Shown: positions 43,566 through 52,290 of the stretch, one piece after another
How positions within the stretch are numbered: position 1 is the stretch's first letter
How the letters are laid out: the number at the start of each line of letters is the position of its first letter
Source: Candidatus Omnitrophota bacterium
GTDB lineage: Bacteria; Omnitrophota; Gorgyraeia; Zapsychrales; Fredricksoniimonadaceae
DNA length: 64,000 nt
NCBI GenBank assembly: GCA_015233145.1
Contig: JADFYI010000002.1
Coordinates: 44,495-108,494 of the forward strand
Direction: 5' to 3'
Position numbers and translations under genes: made by a program
Notes under the pieces: model-generated
The model's input: only the letters and a program-made list of their open reading frames with translations
The model's database searches: none
What the model was told of the DNA's origin: nothing

Positions 43566-44657
43566 TTAAACAGCCTTAAGTTTTTCATGAAAATCCGAAG
43601 ACAACAACTCTACATCCAAGGCAAGCTTTCGCTTGAGGATTCGGCCGTTCTCAACCAGGGGCCTGAGTAAAAGCCCTTTTTGAAACCATTCTTCGGTTCC
43701 AAGGTTTGCCGGCTCACCGGTCACGACGGCCAGATTGGCAAGCAAGGTAAGCCCGATCTCTGACTCAAAAGCAGAGCTGATCACAACTCTCCGCCCTTCT
43801 TCCCTGGCCCGTTCTGAAAGGGCAACGGTTGCTGTGATAGCACCCCGGACAGAAGGCCTCATGACAAAATAATCAACCCCGTGAATGAGATTTAATTCGT
43901 CAAAGGGCCTTTTTAAAATTGATTCATCCACGGCAACGGCAAGGTCTGTGCGACGGTGAAACTCTTCCCATTTCTCGGTAAGGACACAGGGTTCTTCAAT
44001 ATAATCGATCTGGTTTTTTCCGATATTTTGCGCAAAAAGCACTGCCTCATCCATGCGCCAGGCCGCATTCGCGTCAAGCCTTAAACGGCTGCCCAAACCA
44101 ATGCGGCGCTTCACTTCCTCCACTTTCTGGACATCAAGAGGGATGTTGCGGTTCCCGACTTTTAATTTAAAAAGCGAATATCCCTGGGTCAGAAGGCGGC
44201 TGGCGCGCTCTGTCACTTCGTGAAGAGACCCTTGTAAAAGGCCAGCCACCAAAAGGTCAACAGAACTACCGGGTTTTAAAAACTCACAAACGCTCACCCC
44301 CCTGGCCCGGGCTGCCAAGTCAAGGACTGCTGATTCCACAGCGAAACGGGCTGAAGCGCAAATAACATCCCGCTCCATAAAAGAGGCCAGCCAGTCCAAA
44401 ACGCCGTCTTTATCCTGGGGGATCAAGCGCCCTTTAAGTTCTTCTGAAATCCTGGTCAGCTGATGAACCGATTTTCTTAAAGTTTCCGCACTCACGCCAG
44501 GCAAGGGTGATGCCTCGCCGAATCCCACCTGTCCTTCATGGGTGATCAACTGGATAATAACGCCTTCACGTTTATCAATCCTTTCATGGCCGCGCACAAA
44601 AAAAGGCTGTTTCAGGGCAATGTCAAAAGGATACAGATGAACGCTGTCAATCTTCAT
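43566..44657 (-). CDS. menC: o-succinylbenzoate synthase (enolase superfamily)
   Basis: Enolase-superfamily motifs FKLKVG, LRLDANAAW, IEEP and VDES, in men-gene context. ATG 44657 forms an ATGA overlap with the menA stop, whereas the track start at 44666 is TTG. Confidence 0.78.
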   Translation of the reverse strand: MKIDSVHLYPFDIALKQPFFVRGHERIDKREGVIIQLITHEGQVGFGEASPLPGVSAETLRKSVHQLTRISEELKGRLIPQDKDGVLDWLASFMERDVICASARFAVESAVLDLAARARGVSVCEFLKPGSSVDLLVAGLLQGSLHEVTERASRLLTQGYSLFKLKVGNRNIPLDVQKVEEVKRRIGLGSRLRLDANAAWRMDEAVLFAQNIGKNQIDYIEEPCVLTEKWEEFHRRTDLAVAVDESILKRPFDELNLIHGVDYFVMRPSVRGAITATVALSERAREEGRRVVISSAFESEIGLTLLANLAVVTGEPANLGTEEWFQKGLLLRPLVENGRILKRKLALDVELLSSDFHEKLKAV

Positions 44658-45535
44658 AAAATCCAACCTATGGAGAAAAGAATGCAGAACAAGGAAAGAA
44701 CAATGCCTGTTAATGCCAGGGTTTGATTAAGCCTCTGGGAGCTATCAGAAGTAAACACCGTGCGGATGAGCGGAACACAAAGGAAAATAATACCCGATGC
44801 GATCATTATCCAGGGCGAATGGCCCGTTATCAGATAAACAAGCAAAGGGACTGCGCATGCAGCTAAAAGGCATGTTAAATATTCTATTCTGGTAAAATTT
44901 GCGCCAAACCTTACTGCAAGCGTCATTTTTCCGGCTGTCTTATCCGTCGCAATGTCACGGAGGTTATTGACTATCAAAATAGCTGTTGAAAAAAGCCCGC
45001 ACGCAAAGCCCATCAAAACCACAGCCGCATTGCATCCCAAGGACTGCACGTAATAAGTCCCTCCCACAGCCACAGGCCCGAAAAAAATAAGGACAAAAAT
45101 ATCGCCGAGCCCAAGATGAGATAATGGCTTGGGGCCCGCCGTGTAAAAAATTCCTGAAAGAATGGACGTCATGCCGATAATTAAAACCGGCCACCCGCCG
45201 CGCGCCAATAAAAAGGCGGCAAAAAATCCAGCCAAAGAAAAACAAAGAATAAAACCCCACTTCACGTGTTGAGGCAGGATAAGGCCCAATAAAGTCACGC
45301 TTAAAGGGCCTCTGCGTTCTTTTGTGTCAACGCCGCTTTTCAAATCAAAATAATCATTGGAAAGGTTGGTGCCTATCTGGATAAAAAGAGCACAAATGAG
45401 CGCAAGAACCGCGGATGGCCAATGCACGGCCCCATCGCCATAAGCCATGGCCGTCCCTAAAAATACCGGAGCCACAGATGCCGTGAGTGTATGCGGACGT
45501 ATGGCGCGCCACCACAAAGAAAGGATTTTAAGCAT
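44654..45535 (-). CDS. menA: 1,4-dihydroxy-2-naphthoate polyprenyltransferase (UbiA family)
   Basis: WWRAIRPHTLTASVAPVFLG, NDYFDLKSGVD (N-D-x-x-D). About 8 TM helices, 293 aa. Confidence 0.87.
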   Translation of the reverse strand: MLKILSLWWRAIRPHTLTASVAPVFLGTAMAYGDGAVHWPSAVLALICALFIQIGTNLSNDYFDLKSGVDTKERRGPLSVTLLGLILPQHVKWGFILCFSLAGFFAAFLLARGGWPVLIIGMTSILSGIFYTAGPKPLSHLGLGDIFVLIFFGPVAVGGTYYVQSLGCNAAVVLMGFACGLFSTAILIVNNLRDIATDKTAGKMTLAVRFGANFTRIEYLTCLLAACAVPLLVYLITGHSPWIMIASGIIFLCVPLIRTVFTSDSSQRLNQTLALTGIVLSLFCILFSIGWIL

Positions 45536-46344
45536 CAGTTCCCCATGTTTTCGTAGACGGCAATGGAAATGGTATTCCCGCGCTCTTTAAGCGCGAGATA
45601 AATCCGATAGTAATATCCCAAAAGAAAGGGAAGCAAAACCATTCCCACGGCATTCAAAGCTACACTCATGACCGGCTTAGGAACCCCCATGAGTGAAAAT
45701 CCGACGAAAAAAGGAAGCGCTACAGCCAAAAGGATGACAAACGCTAGCATTAACGCCCCGGTCACACCCCAGAAAGCGCCATGGATTAACTCAAAACTTT
45801 TTCGCAGTGCCGCAACTGGAGCAAGGTGTGTTTCAATGATAACAAAAGGGAACATGGAAAAAACAATGGTGATATAAACAGCAAAAACTATTGCGAATAA
45901 AGAAAAAACAAGGATAAAAAATGCCAGCCCCAAAGACGCGTGCTCAGCGCGCAAAGAGAGCGCATCCACAATCTTAAAAAGGATGGCCTGCGGCAAAACC
46001 GCGAGGATGGCGGCCCCTAGAAAGAACCAGAACTTCCTTAACGACAGCGATAAAAAATCAGCAAATGACGCTTGCGCTGTTTTTTGTTCCGCGGTGTTCA
46101 TGATGGCAATGATTAATGCGGTTGTAAAAACAATACTGACACCCACGGACAATAACCAAAGCAAAACAAGAATCGTGTTTAACTGGTCTGAATTTACCAA
46201 AGACGCAACCTGGAAAATAATACCAGGAAGAGAGGCTGTGACAACCAAAAGGAGAAACAGCTGAAACCGGCTTGCATAAAGCTTGATCGACCAGCTGACA
46301 GCGTCAGGCAAAGAAACAGGCAATGGTTTTTGAGAAGAAGGCAT
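45535..46344 (-). CDS. hypothetical polytopic membrane protein
   Basis: 269-aa ORF with about 6 hydrophobic helices. Its stop overlaps the menA start by 1 nt. No family recognised. Confidence 0.55.
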   Translation of the reverse strand: MPSSQKPLPVSLPDAVSWSIKLYASRFQLFLLLVVTASLPGIIFQVASLVNSDQLNTILVLLWLLSVGVSIVFTTALIIAIMNTAEQKTAQASFADFLSLSLRKFWFFLGAAILAVLPQAILFKIVDALSLRAEHASLGLAFFILVFSLFAIVFAVYITIVFSMFPFVIIETHLAPVAALRKSFELIHGAFWGVTGALMLAFVILLAVALPFFVGFSLMGVPKPVMSVALNAVGMVLLPFLLGYYYRIYLALKERGNTISIAVYENMGN

Positions 46345-46373
46345 GTTTTTTCCTTTTAAGGCTGTTTAAGGAA

Positions 46374-46724
46374 TTATTCCATGTTGCCTTTAAGATGATC
46401 CTTGATATGAATAACCTGCCCGGCATAACGAGGGATAAGATGCACATGGGCATGCATGACAATTTGCCCGGCGGCCTTTCCGCAATTAATCCAGATATTA
46501 AACCCATCAGGTTCATATTCTTTCTGGATACGGTTTTTCATGGCAACAATCATGGCCTTGACGGCGTTGGATTCCTCCAAAGTCGCTTCAAAAATTTGCT
46601 CAAAGTGGCGCTTCGGGATAATCAAGGCATGGCCCTTGGAAATTGGTTTTATATCATACACAGCATAAACAAGCTCATTTTCAATGATCCTGGGGAGATT
46701 TTTACAAAAGACGCACTCAGACAT
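46374..46724 (-). CDS. HIT-family nucleotide hydrolase/transferase
   Basis: Histidine triad MHAHVHLIPR and an N-terminal CVFC. GGAGGA SD upstream. Confidence 0.9.
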   Translation of the reverse strand: MSECVFCKNLPRIIENELVYAVYDIKPISKGHALIIPKRHFEQIFEATLEESNAVKAMIVAMKNRIQKEYEPDGFNIWINCGKAAGQIVMHAHVHLIPRYAGQVIHIKDHLKGNME

Positions 46725-46741
46725 GGCGTATCCTCCAAAAA

Positions 46742-47056
46742 TTACACTTCGATATAAACCGTATCACCCTCGATTTTGACCGGAAAAGTTTTGATGTCCC
46801 CGTAAAAGAAATCTTTATCACTTTTTCCGTTACGGATATCAAATTTTGCTCCGTGAGAAGGGCACGTCACGATAAAATCTGACACTTTTCCGCCTGAGAG
46901 CGGCGCATTGGCATGCGGGCATTCATCATTAACAGCAAAAAATTGCCCTGCCCAGCGAAACAAGGCCACAGGCTTTCTGCGGCCAGGGACATTGAGCGAT
47001 ATCCCCTGCCCGTCAACAATATCTGAAGTTTTAAAAACAGGATGCCACACAGGCAT
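46742..47056 (-). CDS. Rieske [2Fe-2S] domain protein (NirD-like small subunit type)
   Basis: CPHANAPL ... CPSHGAKF (C-x-H / C-x-x-H). 104 aa. Confidence 0.85.
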   Translation of the reverse strand: MPVWHPVFKTSDIVDGQGISLNVPGRRKPVALFRWAGQFFAVNDECPHANAPLSGGKVSDFIVTCPSHGAKFDIRNGKSDKDFFYGDIKTFPVKIEGDTVYIEV

Positions 47057-47325
47057 TATCCTTTCAGACTTCTTTCAATTTCTTCAACATCCTTGCGCGC
47101 CTTTTCAATATCTTCAAGGCCGAAAATTTCACAATAAATTTGAACCGCCAAATCACGGTCGCCTTCCAGAAGAGTTTCCCGAACATCCCACATGGTGGGG
47201 CGGGAATGCTCCTTAAGTTCCTGGAGGTATTGTTTTCTGGCCTTTCGAACCATGCATACTAAATAAACCTGAACACCTAAAATAGCCGTGAGAACGACAC
47301 TGATAAAAATCATTAACCACAACAT
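47056..47325 (-). CDS. hypothetical membrane-anchored protein
   Basis: 89-aa ORF with one N-terminal TM helix then a charged helical region. 1-nt overlap with the Rieske gene start. Confidence 0.45.
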   Translation of the reverse strand: MLWLMIFISVVLTAILGVQVYLVCMVRKARKQYLQELKEHSRPTMWDVRETLLEGDRDLAVQIYCEIFGLEDIEKARKDVEEIERSLKG

Positions 47326-47348
47326 ATTTAAACTCCTTTAAGAAACAA

Positions 47349-47552
47349 CTACTCTTTTTCAACTTCAAAACCCTGAACAACGTCCTTGACTTCAAGTTCA
47401 GCCTTGGCAATTTTTTCCTTGCAGATCTTCACAAGGGAAACAGCCTCCCTGACCTTGGCAGAAAGCTCATCAATATCAATCTCGTCATTTTCAATATCTT
47501 TAATAATCTCCTCAAGCTTTTCCATGGCTTTGGAATATTTCATCTCTGTCAC
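47349..47552 (-). CDS. xseB: exodeoxyribonuclease VII small subunit
   Basis: 67 aa. YSKAMEKLEEIIKDIEN.EIDIDELSAKVREAVSLVKICKEKI is the typical XseB helical hairpin. Directly downstream of xseA. Confidence 0.85.
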   Translation of the reverse strand: MTEMKYSKAMEKLEEIIKDIENDEIDIDELSAKVREAVSLVKICKEKIAKAELEVKDVVQGFEVEKE

Positions 47553-47578
47553 GTAACGCCTCCTTATTCCCTTAGAGC

Positions 47579-48880
47579 TTAACTTGCAGTACTTCTCACT
47601 TTTCCATCTATAAATTCCGTTGAAAGAAGATCGCCCCGTGCAACGCTTTTGGCCAGATGAACCACCTTGCCGTCAGCCCCGCGTGTCACTGAAAAACCCC
47701 GCTTGAACAATTTAACGGGAGACGACAACTCCACCATCTTTTCCAGAGCATTTATTTTATTCCTTGTATCAACAAACCGCAAACAAATTGTCTTTTTCAA
47801 ACTTTCCGAAAAACAGTCAAGGTCTTTTCTTTGAACATTAATCCGCGAAGAGGTATTACGCAGCCGTTCCACGACCCGCACCTGGTCTTCCCGACGGCTT
47901 TTTAAAAGCTCGTGCGTGCGGCTGGCCAAAATAACGGTACTGGTCTTGAGCGTTGCCTTATCATTAGAAAATTTTTCATGAACCAAGTCTGTAAGGCGCG
48001 TGTAAGACTCAATCAAGTTATCCAAAAAGAGCGATACCCGCAGTGAAAGAAACTGGGCCACAGCAGTTGGTGTTTTGGCATAAGTGTGCGCCGCAAGATC
48101 CGTGACACTGGTATTTATTTCATGGCCAATGCCTGTTAACACCGGATAACGGGAATCTGCCACAGCCAGGGCGATGAGTTTTGAATCAAAAGCGCTCAAT
48201 TCGGCAATTGAGCCTCCCCCGCGGGTAATCACAAGGACATCAAGGCCTTCCATGCTGTTTAATGTTTTTAAAGCGGCAACCACCGAGGCTTCACAATTTT
48301 TACCCTGCATCACCGCATTGATAAAGAAAACTTTAAACGCAAAGCCACTGTGCTGAAGTTCATGGATGAAATCATTATAAGCCGCAGAATCAAATGCTGT
48401 CACAAGGCCGACGCGAAGCGGCACCAGCGGCATATCATGAGCTTTGTTTTTCGCAAAAACACCGGCCTTGGCAAGTTCTGCAATCAGCTTTTGGCGATCC
48501 TGGGCAATTTTCCCGAGTGTATAAACAGGGTCAATGTTATCGACAATAAAACGGAGCGTGCCGTAAGGAGGATAAAACTCAACGCGCCCGGAAAGCTTGA
48601 CCTCAATACCATCCTTGAGTTCAAAGGCATTCTCGCCCTTTTTAAGGATGGCTTCAATTTTAGGCCGCATCCCTGCCCAGATAGCGACGCCGATTTTGGC
48701 TTTGATATCTTTGGCCCCGTCGTCTTTTTCAACAAGGTCAAAAAAAAGATGGGCTTTGGATTTATAGCGGTCAAGGTTTTGAATTTCGCCGCAAACCCAC
48801 AGGGAACGTGGAAATCCAGCGGAAACAACGTCCTTGATAAGGCTATTGAGCTCACATATCGTGAAATATTCCTGAGACAT
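47579..48880 (-). CDS. xseA: exodeoxyribonuclease VII large subunit
   Basis: N-terminal OB fold (LWVCGEIQNLDRYKSKAHLFFDL), catalytic core (VITRGGGSIAEL, PVLTGIGHEIN) and a C-terminal coiled coil. Confidence 0.9.
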   Translation of the reverse strand: MSQEYFTICELNSLIKDVVSAGFPRSLWVCGEIQNLDRYKSKAHLFFDLVEKDDGAKDIKAKIGVAIWAGMRPKIEAILKKGENAFELKDGIEVKLSGRVEFYPPYGTLRFIVDNIDPVYTLGKIAQDRQKLIAELAKAGVFAKNKAHDMPLVPLRVGLVTAFDSAAYNDFIHELQHSGFAFKVFFINAVMQGKNCEASVVAALKTLNSMEGLDVLVITRGGGSIAELSAFDSKLIALAVADSRYPVLTGIGHEINTSVTDLAAHTYAKTPTAVAQFLSLRVSLFLDNLIESYTRLTDLVHEKFSNDKATLKTSTVILASRTHELLKSRREDQVRVVERLRNTSSRINVQRKDLDCFSESLKKTICLRFVDTRNKINALEKMVELSSPVKLFKRGFSVTRGADGKVVHLAKSVARGDLLSTEFIDGKVRSTAS

Positions 48881-48903
48881 AGATATTCAAAAAAACCTTC
48901 AAA

Positions 48904-49329
48904 TCAGCTTTTTTCCAGAAGGCGGCGCAACGAACTTTGCGCGGCATCTATTTTAGGACGAAGCCCGTTAAACATAACCTGAAGGCTTTCTTTCTGCTGA
49001 TGAAGAATTTCCGCGTTTTCTTTTGTTTTCTTATCAATGCTGGATGAATAAAAAGCTTCAAATTCTTTCATTTCCCGAAAAAGGGCATTAAATTGGTCGA
49101 CAGCATGCGCGTATTCGGTTAATTCTCTCGGAAATTTCAAAGAGGCAAATGTCCGGGCTTCATGACAGGCATTGTTTTCAAAGGGCTCCGTAATAAACTG
49201 CCTTTGCTCAACAACAAAATACCTCTCCAGGTTCAGGTTGATTTCATGCCAAAGCGCGACAAGAAAATTCTTTCTCGGCTTTTGCCTGAAAAAAGGCTTT
49301 AAAAAAGGCATCCTGTCAGTGACTAACAT
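48904..49329 (-). CDS. hypothetical protein
   Basis: ORF of 141 aa from ATG 49329, which has GGGAGA 4 nt upstream. The track start at 49380 overlaps the PEBP gene more deeply. No family recognised. Confidence 0.45.
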   Translation of the reverse strand: MLVTDRMPFLKPFFRQKPRKNFLVALWHEINLNLERYFVVEQRQFITEPFENNACHEARTFASLKFPRELTEYAHAVDQFNALFREMKEFEAFYSSSIDKKTKENAEILHQQKESLQVMFNGLRPKIDAAQSSLRRLLEKS

Positions 49330-49876
49330 TTTTCTCCCATCCGATATTCTGATATGTGCCCACAAGCTCTGCCTTGGCAATAACCTTTCCTGCGATAGAC
49401 TTTTCCAGAGAGCTCTTTGTGGCGCCCTCGGTCACATCATCCAGATAATTCTTTAAGGCATAAAGCGTAAAAACATACTGATGCACCCGCTCATCCACAG
49501 GGCACGGCCCTCCGTAATAAAAGTTCCCGAAATCGTTTAATGCCTCGGTGCCTGGGGGATTGTTTTCGTGGATATCCGCAGTGTCTGGCTTGATATTATA
49601 AACCACCCAATGCACCCATTCCCCGGAAATGCCATGAGGGTCATGCACAGTCAATGCCAAAGACTTTGTGCCAGGCGGAATATTCTTGATTGTCAGCGGC
49701 GGATTAATATCCGACCCGCGGCAGGTGTACTTGACAGGTATAACGCCATTATTCGCAAAAACAGGGCTCGTCAACTCAAAAGAAGCAGCCGGCGATACCG
49801 CAGGCTTTTCTTCCTGAGCCAACACTTGCGTCAGGAAAAATAGAAAAAAAATAAGAGAAAAGGCAGTTATTCGCAT
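49316..49876 (-). CDS. YbhB/YbcL-family phosphatidylethanolamine-binding protein (PEBP), secreted
   Basis: Signal peptide plus TCRGSDINPPL, ALTVHDPHG, WVHWVVYNI and YGGPCP...H.YVFTLYAL motifs. Confidence 0.87.
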   Translation of the reverse strand: MRITAFSLIFFLFFLTQVLAQEEKPAVSPAASFELTSPVFANNGVIPVKYTCRGSDINPPLTIKNIPPGTKSLALTVHDPHGISGEWVHWVVYNIKPDTADIHENNPPGTEALNDFGNFYYGGPCPVDERVHQYVFTLYALKNYLDDVTEGATKSSLEKSIAGKVIAKAELVGTYQNIGWEKNVSH

Positions 49877-49918
49877 AGAAAGATTATACCTTCCACCTCG
49901 GAAAATCTGAAGGTAAAA

Positions 49919-50680
49919 TCAGGAAATCTCAATTCCAACCGGACAATGGTCTGATCCTAAAACATCTTTTAAAATGAAAGCTTTCTTAAGATGGGGCAAA
50001 AAGTCTTTATCAACAAAAAAATAATCAATGCGCCAGCCGATATCTCTGGCCCTGGCGCCGGTCTTGTAATCCCACCAGGAATAATGCCCGCCCTCTTTGT
50101 AAAAGTGGCGGAACGTGTCCATAAAACCGGCATTAACAAACTGTGTGACCCAGGCGCGCTCTTCAGGCAAAAAACCTGTGTTCTTCACATTTTCTTTAGG
50201 CCGCGCAAGATCAATCTCTTCATGCGCCGTATTCACGTCCCCGCAAACGATAACATGGCGGCCGGATTTCTTTAACTTTAAAGCCTTTTTTAAGAAGGCG
50301 TCATAAAAAGACAATTTAAAAGGAACGCGTTTGTTCCCCGCGCTGCCGTTGGGAAAATAGATATTAAACAGCACAAAATCCTCATAATCCGCCATGATGA
50401 TCCGGCCTTCTGTATCAAATTCCCTGAGGCCAAAACCATACTCAACGCTCAAAGGTTTTTTCTTAGAATAAAGGGCAACTCCGCTATAGCCTTTTTTCTC
50501 AGCCGAGCACCAGAAAGATTCATAACCCGAAATGTTTAGAAGAGATTCATCCAGCTGATCTTTCTCAGCCTTCGTTTCCTGAAGGCAAAGGATATCCGGA
50601 GATTCCTTCTTGAACCAGTCCAGAAAACCTTTTTTATGGACAGCGCGGATACCGTTGACATTCCAACTGATAAGTTTCAT
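49919..50680 (-). CDS. xth: exodeoxyribonuclease III
   Basis: MKLISWNVNGIRA, LCLQETK, GDVNTAHEEIDL, SDHCPV. Confidence 0.93.
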   Translation of the reverse strand: MKLISWNVNGIRAVHKKGFLDWFKKESPDILCLQETKAEKDQLDESLLNISGYESFWCSAEKKGYSGVALYSKKKPLSVEYGFGLREFDTEGRIIMADYEDFVLFNIYFPNGSAGNKRVPFKLSFYDAFLKKALKLKKSGRHVIVCGDVNTAHEEIDLARPKENVKNTGFLPEERAWVTQFVNAGFMDTFRHFYKEGGHYSWWDYKTGARARDIGWRIDYFFVDKDFLPHLKKAFILKDVLGSDHCPVGIEIS

Positions 50681-51171
50681 AACTTCTCCAAAAGTTTCAT
50701 GATTCCTAAAAGCGGCGAGGAAATATCCATGCTCTTTATCTCATCTAAAGAAAACCATCCGGAATTATCATGTTCGTCGGAAATTTTCACTTCTCCTGAC
50801 AAATATTTCACAAAAAATATCTTATAATGGATCCGGTCTTTTTCCCGTTCCCAGAAAAAATCCCTGAAAAGCTCCTGGGGCCCAACAGACAATGCCGTTT
50901 CCTCAAGAAATTCCCTTCTTAAGGCGTCATCTGGATTTTCGCCCCTGTCAACCTTTCCACCGGGGAATTCCCACTTCCCTGGCCAGGATTTAGATCGGGA
51001 AGAACGCTTAAGAAGGAGAAAACGGTTATCCGGGCGTTTGAGAATGCCGCGTAAAACTAAGACAACAGGAATAGCCAAGGAATTTTCCTTCAAAACTAAA
51101 GAAATCAGATTTACTTTTTTTTGTTGAGTCTTGCAAAACCGCCTAAAACCCGCTCCAAAAGCTGGCTCCAC
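50677..51171 (-). CDS. NUDIX hydrolase (MutT-like)
   Basis: Nudix box GKWEFPGGKVDRGENPDDALRREFLEETAL. The track start is a GTG that overlaps the PilZ gene by 61 nt. A TTG at 51093 (MKENSLAIPVVLVLRG...) is an alternative, so the start is uncertain. Confidence 0.78.
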   Translation of the reverse strand: MEPAFGAGFRRFCKTQQKKVNLISLVLKENSLAIPVVLVLRGILKRPDNRFLLLKRSSRSKSWPGKWEFPGGKVDRGENPDDALRREFLEETALSVGPQELFRDFFWEREKDRIHYKIFFVKYLSGEVKISDEHDNSGWFSLDEIKSMDISSPLLGIMKLLEKL

Positions 51172-51575
51172 ATGACCTTGTAGGTTTCATCAAAATAGAC
51201 TGTTTCATCAATTTGCGAACCATCAACTTTTCTGACGATAACACCTGTGGCATATTGATGCGGGGTATTCGGGACTGCGGAAATAAGGCGTGACCAGCGG
51301 ACTTCTCCCTCCATATAAATAAGATCCGGGCATTTCGGGAGATGAAGCTCAATCCAAAGTTTATCACCATTCTTAAGCTCTTTGGGCGACTCAAAACACA
51401 AGCCATTAACAGAAATATTTTTGGAAAATCCAATGTATTTGTGCTCCTGGTGGGAAGCAGCCTCGGAATCAAGCTTAAAATCAACCTCTGTACGGAATTC
51501 GTAGGGAACGCTAAAAGAAATCCTGACATCTGTCTCAAAACGGGGAAATTTTCTCTGGACCTGGTCAACGGACAT
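51111..51575 (-). CDS. PilZ domain protein (c-di-GMP receptor type)
   Basis: RKFPR (R-x-x-x-R) and NISVNG ([DN]-x-S-x-x-G). ATG 51575 has AGGAGA 6 nt upstream, and ATG 51590 is an alternative. Confidence 0.78.
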   Translation of the reverse strand: MSVDQVQRKFPRFETDVRISFSVPYEFRTEVDFKLDSEAASHQEHKYIGFSKNISVNGLCFESPKELKNGDKLWIELHLPKCPDLIYMEGEVRWSRLISAVPNTPHQYATGVIVRKVDGSQIDETVYFDETYKVMWSQLLERVLGGFARLNKKK

Positions 51576-51659
51576 GCCCATTCTCCTCATATTTCCACAA
51601 AAAGTCTCGGCAACACATCTTCTCTATTATCCTGAATTATTTGAAAAAGGCGAGAAAAA

Positions 51660-52250
51660 TTATGCACCGTTCAAAATACTGACAACCCATTTTGAAAAGT
51701 TATTGATCTGGTCCAAAACTTTTTTATCAAGCCCTGTAGAATACTTTCCTGCCGAATAATGAATCACGCCCAGGGCATTAACATCCTTGCCGGGAAGGAT
51801 ATTAACGGGCATGGGAAAACATATCATCCCCATATATTGGGCATAAATGCCCAAAGCCTGAAGGCAAAGGTCAGCGCCGCCTTCGGTGTTCCCTGCCGAA
51901 GTAAAAGCCGCAAATTTTTTGCCAACCAGTTTTCCCTGAAACCATAACCCGCCGGTTTGGTCCATAAAAGCTTTCATGGGACTAGAAACATTGCCAAAAT
52001 AAGTGGGCGACCCCATCAGGATCATATCTGCATCTAAAAGGACTTCTGGCCTGGCCAGAGGAACCAGAAGCATGGCTTCCAAAAGCTTCCGGGAAGCCTC
52101 AGGCACATCAGGCTTCATGACCCAGGCCGGGTCTGGCACACGATAAAGCCCAACTTCCTGGCCTAAGGCTTTAAACGCCTCTTCAAAACTTTTGGCCACA
52201 GAATAGCTGTTTCCGGAAAGAGAATGAAAGACAATTGCTATTTTTTTCAT
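51660..52250 (-). CDS. flavodoxin-like fold protein (NAD(P)H:quinone oxidoreductase/WrbA-like)
   Basis: MKKIAIVFHSLSGNSYSVAKSF is the typical flavodoxin-like N-terminus, followed by GSPTYFGNVS. The start is trimmed to ATG 52250. Confidence 0.72.
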   Translation of the reverse strand: MKKIAIVFHSLSGNSYSVAKSFEEAFKALGQEVGLYRVPDPAWVMKPDVPEASRKLLEAMLLVPLARPEVLLDADMILMGSPTYFGNVSSPMKAFMDQTGGLWFQGKLVGKKFAAFTSAGNTEGGADLCLQALGIYAQYMGMICFPMPVNILPGKDVNALGVIHYSAGKYSTGLDKKVLDQINNFSKWVVSILNGA

Positions 52251-52290
52251 AGTTAGCGTAATATATTCCCGACTACTCTCCCTGTCAAGT

